Assembly: GCA_049580385.1 (NCBI GenBank)
Contig: JBAUPV010000030.1
Coordinates: 577,721 to 641,720 of the forward strand
DNA: 64,000 bases
Direction of reading: 5' to 3'
DNA from: Desulfobaccales bacterium
Lineage (GTDB): Bacteria; Desulfobacterota; Desulfobaccia; Desulfobaccales; 0-14-0-80-60-11
Part shown: positions 59,993 through 64,000 of the stretch, piece by piece
Position numbering within the stretch: position 1 is the stretch's first letter
Layout: each line of letters opens with the position of its first letter
Notes under the pieces: generated by a model
Databases searched by the model: none
What the model was told of the DNA's origin: nothing
Seen by the model: only the letters and a program-made list of their open reading frames with translations
Made by a program: the position numbers and the translations under genes

Positions 59993-61048
59993 TTAACTTT
60001 TGCCTTTTTGACACGGCAGGTTGAAGCCAATGGCCTCCCGCACTGCGGCCGTGGTTTCTTTGGCCTGTTCCCGGGCCCGTTTATTACCCTCTTCCAGGAT
60101 GTCCCGGACTTCATCCGGGTGGGCCTCGAAGTGGCGCCGCCGCTCCTGAAGGGGAGCCATATTCTCGAGCAAGGCCTCAGCCAGCAGCTTTTTACAATCG
60201 ACGCACCCCAGGGCCGCGCCCCGGCAATCCTCTATAATCTCGGCGGCCCTCTCTTTGGGCAGGTTGAGGCGATGAAAAGGGAAGGCCAGGCAGCGGTCCG
60301 GCTCCCCGGGGTCCCGCCGGAAGGGGCGCAGGGTATCGGTGGTCATCTGGCGCACCTTTTGGGCCATAACCGCAGGGGGGTCGCTCAGATAGATGCAGTT
60401 GTCATAACTTTTGCTCATCTTGCGGCCATCGGTGCCGGTGAGTTTGGGAATCTCGGTGAGCAGGGCCTCCGGCTCCGGGAAGATGGGCCGATAGAGGTGG
60501 TTGAACCGCCGGGCGATCTCCCGGGTCATCTCCACATGGGGCACCTGGTCCACCCCCACCGGCACCCCCTCGGCCTTGTACATCAGGATGTCGGCGGCCT
60601 GGAGCACCGGGTAGCCCAAAAACCCGTAGGTGGTCAGGTCCTTGTGGGCCAACGCCTCGATCTGGTCCTTGTAGGTGGGGTTGCGCTCCAGCCAGGGCAC
60701 CGGGGTAAACATGCCGAAGATGAGATAGAGCTCGGCGTGCTCCGGAATGGCCGACTGCACGAAGAGGGTCGATTTCTTGGGGTCGAGCCCGGCGCTCAGC
60801 CAATCGATGATCATCTCCGGGATGAAGCGGCTGATGGCCTGGGGGGCCTCGTATTCCGTGGTGATGGCGTGCCAGTCGGCCACGAAATAATAGCAGCGGT
60901 AATGCTCCTGGAGATTGACCCAATTGTAGAGGGCGCCGTAGTAATTTCCCAGGTGCAGCCTGCCGGTGGGGCGCATGCCGCTAAGGATGCGCCTCTTGCC
61001 TGAGCCGGCGGCTGGTGGTTTTAAAGAAGCTTTCTCTGCCAATGCCAT
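59993..61048 (-). CDS. trpS: Tryptophan--tRNA ligase
   Basis: Class-I HIGH-type motif (TGRLHLGNY) and KMSKS (GRKMSKSYDN). 351 aa. Confidence 0.9.
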   Translation of the reverse strand: MALAEKASLKPPAAGSGKRRILSGMRPTGRLHLGNYYGALYNWVNLQEHYRCYYFVADWHAITTEYEAPQAISRFIPEMIIDWLSAGLDPKKSTLFVQSAIPEHAELYLIFGMFTPVPWLERNPTYKDQIEALAHKDLTTYGFLGYPVLQAADILMYKAEGVPVGVDQVPHVEMTREIARRFNHLYRPIFPEPEALLTEIPKLTGTDGRKMSKSYDNCIYLSDPPAVMAQKVRQMTTDTLRPFRRDPGEPDRCLAFPFHRLNLPKERAAEIIEDCRGAALGCVDCKKLLAEALLENMAPLQERRRHFEAHPDEVRDILEEGNKRAREQAKETTAAVREAIGFNLPCQKGKS

Positions 61049-61134
61049 TAGTAATCCTTACTTAATTCGGATTTTCCGTTCGTCCCAAGTTGGCCTATGA
61101 ACGCCGTGGTCCGCCAGTCCTTGCCTGGCATATC

Positions 61135-61398
61135 CTAAGCGTCTTGGAGCGACTCCAGGTAAGAGCTTAGGGAACTGACAGTGTGGCCCGGCGCAACTTC
61201 ATCCCCGGAACGGAGATCGTGGATGGCCACCCGCACAGGTTCCTCCAGGGTGCTGGGAAAGCTCTCCCCGCTGGCGTCGTTGACGGTAATATAGGCGCGC
61301 TTCCCCTGATATTTTATCCATTTCGTATATGATGCCTTCCCGGCGCAACTGGCCGCGAGATTGAAACCATGGGTTTTCATTGTTTCTTCGAGGCTCAT
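61135..61398 (-). CDS. Hypothetical 87-aa protein
   Basis: Clean ORF between trpS and the crotonase gene. No motif recognised. Confidence 0.45.
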   Translation of the reverse strand: MSLEETMKTHGFNLAASCAGKASYTKWIKYQGKRAYITVNDASGESFPSTLEEPVRVAIHDLRSGDEVAPGHTVSSLSSYLESLQDA

Positions 61399-61447
61399 CG
61401 TTTTTTACCTTGCCGGATGGCGGGATTTTCCCGGCCGCGCTGCCAAC

Positions 61448-62224
61448 TCAGCGCCCCCGCCATTCCGGGGTTCTCTTTTCCAGAAAGGCCTGCACGCCTT
61501 CCTCCGCATCCATGGTGCAGCAAAGAGCGGCAAAACGGTCGCTCAGCATGTTCATGGCCTGGCCGTAGGGAACATCCTGCATCCCATAAATTCCGGCCTT
61601 GCCGGCCTGCAAGGCCAAAGGGCTTTTGGCGGCCAATTTTTTGGCCAGTTCCAGGGTGGCTTCCTCCAGTTTATCACTGGGCACCACCTTGTTGACCAGT
61701 CCCAATCTCTGGGCCTCGGCCGCGGTGATGATATCTCCGGTCAGTACTAACTCCAGGGCCTTTTTGCGGCCGACGTTGCGGACCAAGGGCGCCGCCGGCC
61801 CCAGGCAGATGAGGCCGACATTGATGGCGGTGGTCCCGAATTTGGCGTCTTCCGCGGCCACCGTCAGGTCACAGGCAAAAGACAGGCCGGCGCCGTTGGC
61901 CAGGGCATACCCCTTGACCGAGGCGATGACCGGCTTTTTCATGCTGGCGATGGTGTGATTGTGTTCATCCATCAAGCGGATGAACTCGCGGTATTCCTGA
62001 TTGCTCTTCCCCTTGAATTCCTCCAGGGCAATCCCGGTGGAGAAATGTTTGCCATTGGCGTCGATCACCACTACCCGGATGCCGGGGTCCTTCTCCATTT
62101 CCCAAAGGGCGGCATTTAGCTCCCGGGCGAAAGGAACGTTGAAGGTGTTCATGGCCTGGGGGCGATTCAGGGTAATGATGCCGATCTGCTCCTGCCGGTC
62201 CACCAAAACGTTGGAATATTCCAT
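61448..62224 (-). CDS. Enoyl-CoA hydratase/isomerase (crotonase) family
   Basis: IGIITLNRPQAMN...GKHFSTGIAL...ASVKGYALANGAGLSFACD. RBS GGAGGAG before the ATG at 62224. Confidence 0.85.
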   Translation of the reverse strand: MEYSNVLVDRQEQIGIITLNRPQAMNTFNVPFARELNAALWEMEKDPGIRVVVIDANGKHFSTGIALEEFKGKSNQEYREFIRLMDEHNHTIASMKKPVIASVKGYALANGAGLSFACDLTVAAEDAKFGTTAINVGLICLGPAAPLVRNVGRKKALELVLTGDIITAAEAQRLGLVNKVVPSDKLEEATLELAKKLAAKSPLALQAGKAGIYGMQDVPYGQAMNMLSDRFAALCCTMDAEEGVQAFLEKRTPEWRGR

Positions 62225-62443
62225 AATCCGCTCTCCTCCTCTTCCAAGAGAAATCAATGTTCAGTTTTTTGGCGGCGCTTTTCTCAAAATATCGCGGGAA
62301 AAATCTAGTTGGGAACACGGCCAGCGGGTGGGATCTCGGGAAATGATTAATCCTGCCATATGGCTATTTTCGCTCAAAACGAGTGTTTTGCAAAGATTCC
62401 CAAGTGGCTCGGTTTCCTCGCGGGAGCTTTAGAAAAATATTCC

Positions 62444-63001
62444 TCATAGATATACTTCCATGAATTTCCTGAGTTCCTCCAGCAACAGGGCCGGCTGGCG
62501 CTGAGTGTCCAAACGCAGCAGGGGCTGGTCCTCGGGCCCCGGGGGGTCAAAATCCCTGGCCTGGGCCTCGAAGAGATCCACCCGGCCGTCGGAAACCGCC
62601 TGGGGGTCGGTGCGCCTGATCCCCAGACGCCGGCGGGCCTCCTCCGGGGGGCAGGCGCAATAAACGAAGATTGCGGGCGCCCGGTGCTCCCGGGCCAGTT
62701 GCCGCGCCCGCTCCCGGTTCCCGGCACGCTTAAAGGAGCCGTCCAGGATAACCCCGCTCCCCTCGGCCAGGTGCGCCGCGGCCAGGCGGAGCATCTCCGC
62801 GTAGGTCCGGGCCGAGAAATCTTCCGCATAAATCCCCTGGCCAAAGTCCGTTTCGGCCCGGTCGCCGGGAGCTAACCCCGCCAGGGCCTTGCGCACCCGA
62901 TCGCTCTCGATGACCGGCCAGCCCCTGGCCTGGCCCAGGGCCCGGGCCAGGGTGGATTTCCCTGCGCCCATCAGGCCGAAGATCACCACTAGGCCAGCCA
63001 C
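62444..63001 (-). CDS. P-loop kinase-like ATPase (AAA_33-type)
   Basis: Walker A GLMGAGKST. GTG start overlaps the upstream APH-like ORF by 13 nt. Confidence 0.7.
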   Translation of the reverse strand: MAGLVVIFGLMGAGKSTLARALGQARGWPVIESDRVRKALAGLAPGDRAETDFGQGIYAEDFSARTYAEMLRLAAAHLAEGSGVILDGSFKRAGNRERARQLAREHRAPAIFVYCACPPEEARRRLGIRRTDPQAVSDGRVDLFEAQARDFDPPGPEDQPLLRLDTQRQPALLLEELRKFMEVYL

Positions 63002-63990
63002 CGCTCCCCTTCCTCAGCGTACTCTCCGGCCAACCGGAAATAGGCCCTGGCCAGCTCTTTGGCCTGGGTCCTGGCCTGCGGGGCCAGTTCCGGGTCCTGG
63101 GCGGTGAAGGCGGCGATCTTGCCCCTGACGCAGGCCCGGTAGCACTTGTAAAAATCGAGCATCAGCAAGAGATCCGGGTCTGCGGTGGTCCGGGCCAGAT
63201 GCTCCACAAAGTGGCGGCTCAACTCGCGGAATCCGTGAAAATCGAGGTCCATGGCCAGGAAATCGACATCCGCCGCCACATCACCATATCTGAATCGGGG
63301 ATTAAATTCAATGCAGTCGAAGATATATACCTGGTCGGCCAGGCAGATGTTCTTCATGTGCAGGTCGCCGTGGCAGTCGCGGATGCGGCCTTCCCGGATG
63401 CGCCGCAAAAACAGGGCCCGGTGCTTACTCAGGAAAGAGAGGGCAAATTTTTCGATACGGTCCAAGATCTTTCGGGAAATCACCGGGCCCACCAGGTTCT
63501 CGATGCGGGAGAAATTCTCCTGGTGGTTATAGAGGACGATGGCCGGCTCCCCGAACTTGTGGATCCTGGGATTGCTGGCCGCCTGGGCGTAAAAGGGCGC
63601 CAGCCGGGCGATGATGGCGTCCAGGTGTTCCCGCGAGAGCTCCCCCCGGTCCGCCACTTCGTCCATCATGCGCTCCTGGGGCAGGCGCGCCATCTTCAAG
63701 GCGTAATCGACGGGCTGGCCCCGGCCCCCCAGACGCACCTTGGGCGCCAGGCCGCGGGAAGCGGTGATGGGCAGGACCTCCAGATAGATATCCGGGCAGA
63801 GACGGCGGTTCAGGAGTAGCTCTTCGTGCAAATAATGGTGGCGCCGGCGCAGGGTGGTAAAGTTGAGAAACTCCAACTCCACCGGCTTCTTGACCTTGTA
63901 GGCGAAGCGGTCGGTGAGGAAGACATAGGAGATATAGGTCTGGACCAGCAGCACCCGGGAGGTGGGCTCCTGGTAGGCCGCGGGGTCCAT
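62989..63990 (-). CDS. Aminoglycoside-phosphotransferase/protein-kinase-like fold protein
   Basis: Brenner motif CHGDLHMKNI and downstream IFDCIEF. 333 aa. Confidence 0.7.
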   Translation of the reverse strand: MDPAAYQEPTSRVLLVQTYISYVFLTDRFAYKVKKPVELEFLNFTTLRRRHHYLHEELLLNRRLCPDIYLEVLPITASRGLAPKVRLGGRGQPVDYALKMARLPQERMMDEVADRGELSREHLDAIIARLAPFYAQAASNPRIHKFGEPAIVLYNHQENFSRIENLVGPVISRKILDRIEKFALSFLSKHRALFLRRIREGRIRDCHGDLHMKNICLADQVYIFDCIEFNPRFRYGDVAADVDFLAMDLDFHGFRELSRHFVEHLARTTADPDLLLMLDFYKCYRACVRGKIAAFTAQDPELAPQARTQAKELARAYFRLAGEYAEEGERWLA

Positions 63991-64000
63991 GAGGGCCGCC

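Noticed and set aside
60008-61003. 331-aa plus-strand ORF antisense to trpS
   Set aside because: The minus strand has the HIGH-type and KMSKS signatures. The plus-strand product has no motif.

Overview
High-GC (about 60% by eye) bacterial chromosome segment with about 60 credible genes. The content looks like an anaerobic, sulfur-metabolising, Desulfobacterota-like organism; this is inferred from sigma-54 regulators, multiheme cytochromes, DsrE/TusA/YeeE, corrinoid methyltransferases and a cytoplasmic Mo-enzyme. All functions come from motifs read by eye in the supplied translations; no search was run. No rRNA, tRNA, CRISPR array, transposase or integrase was recognised.

Layout:
- 170-13000: agmatinase, two sigma-54 activators, an MtrA-like/thymidylate-synthase-like/DUF4346-like fusion, a tandem-GAF protein, a divergent GT2/DUF2064-like pair, a TVP38 protein and a rhodanese.
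- 13160-22100: a consensus sigma-54 promoter leads into Usp, TauE and a membrane protein. These are followed by a signal-less PsrA/PhsA-like molybdopterin oxidoreductase, a 4x[4Fe-4S] subunit and an 1137-aa NuoF-like/GltD-like/ferredoxin fusion.
- 22140-27030: a Zn-type URO-D-family methyltransferase and a corrinoid protein face a convergent pterin (methyl-H4folate) methyltransferase and an exported rhodanese.
- 27900-33700: two paralogous multiheme cytochromes c (11 CxxCH plus one CX6CH; 8 CxxCH) sit beside a Rieske/split cytochrome b module. Its subunit-IV gene is on the opposite strand and reads APWL where PEWY is expected.
- 35340-42750: NitT/TauT-type ABC importer (1 binding protein, 2 permeases, 2 ATPases), then YeeE, TusA and three small DsrE/F/H-like proteins.
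- 44125-49060: a cobalamin-riboswitch-like leader precedes RACo-type corrinoid activase, a histidine kinase and a NarL-type regulator.
- 49100-64000: mostly housekeeping.

Most interesting signals:
- A gap-free 66-nt element occurs four times, each pointing at a downstream unit: methyltransferase/corrinoid, exported rhodanese, a small secreted protein, and the ABC/sulfur-relay string. It ties these into one candidate regulon, which I interpret as a possibly undescribed corrinoid-dependent organosulfur demethylation and sulfur-relay system.
- An NAD(P)H-linked cytoplasmic molybdoenzyme operon under sigma-54 control.
- The unusual Rieske/cytochrome b plus multiheme module.
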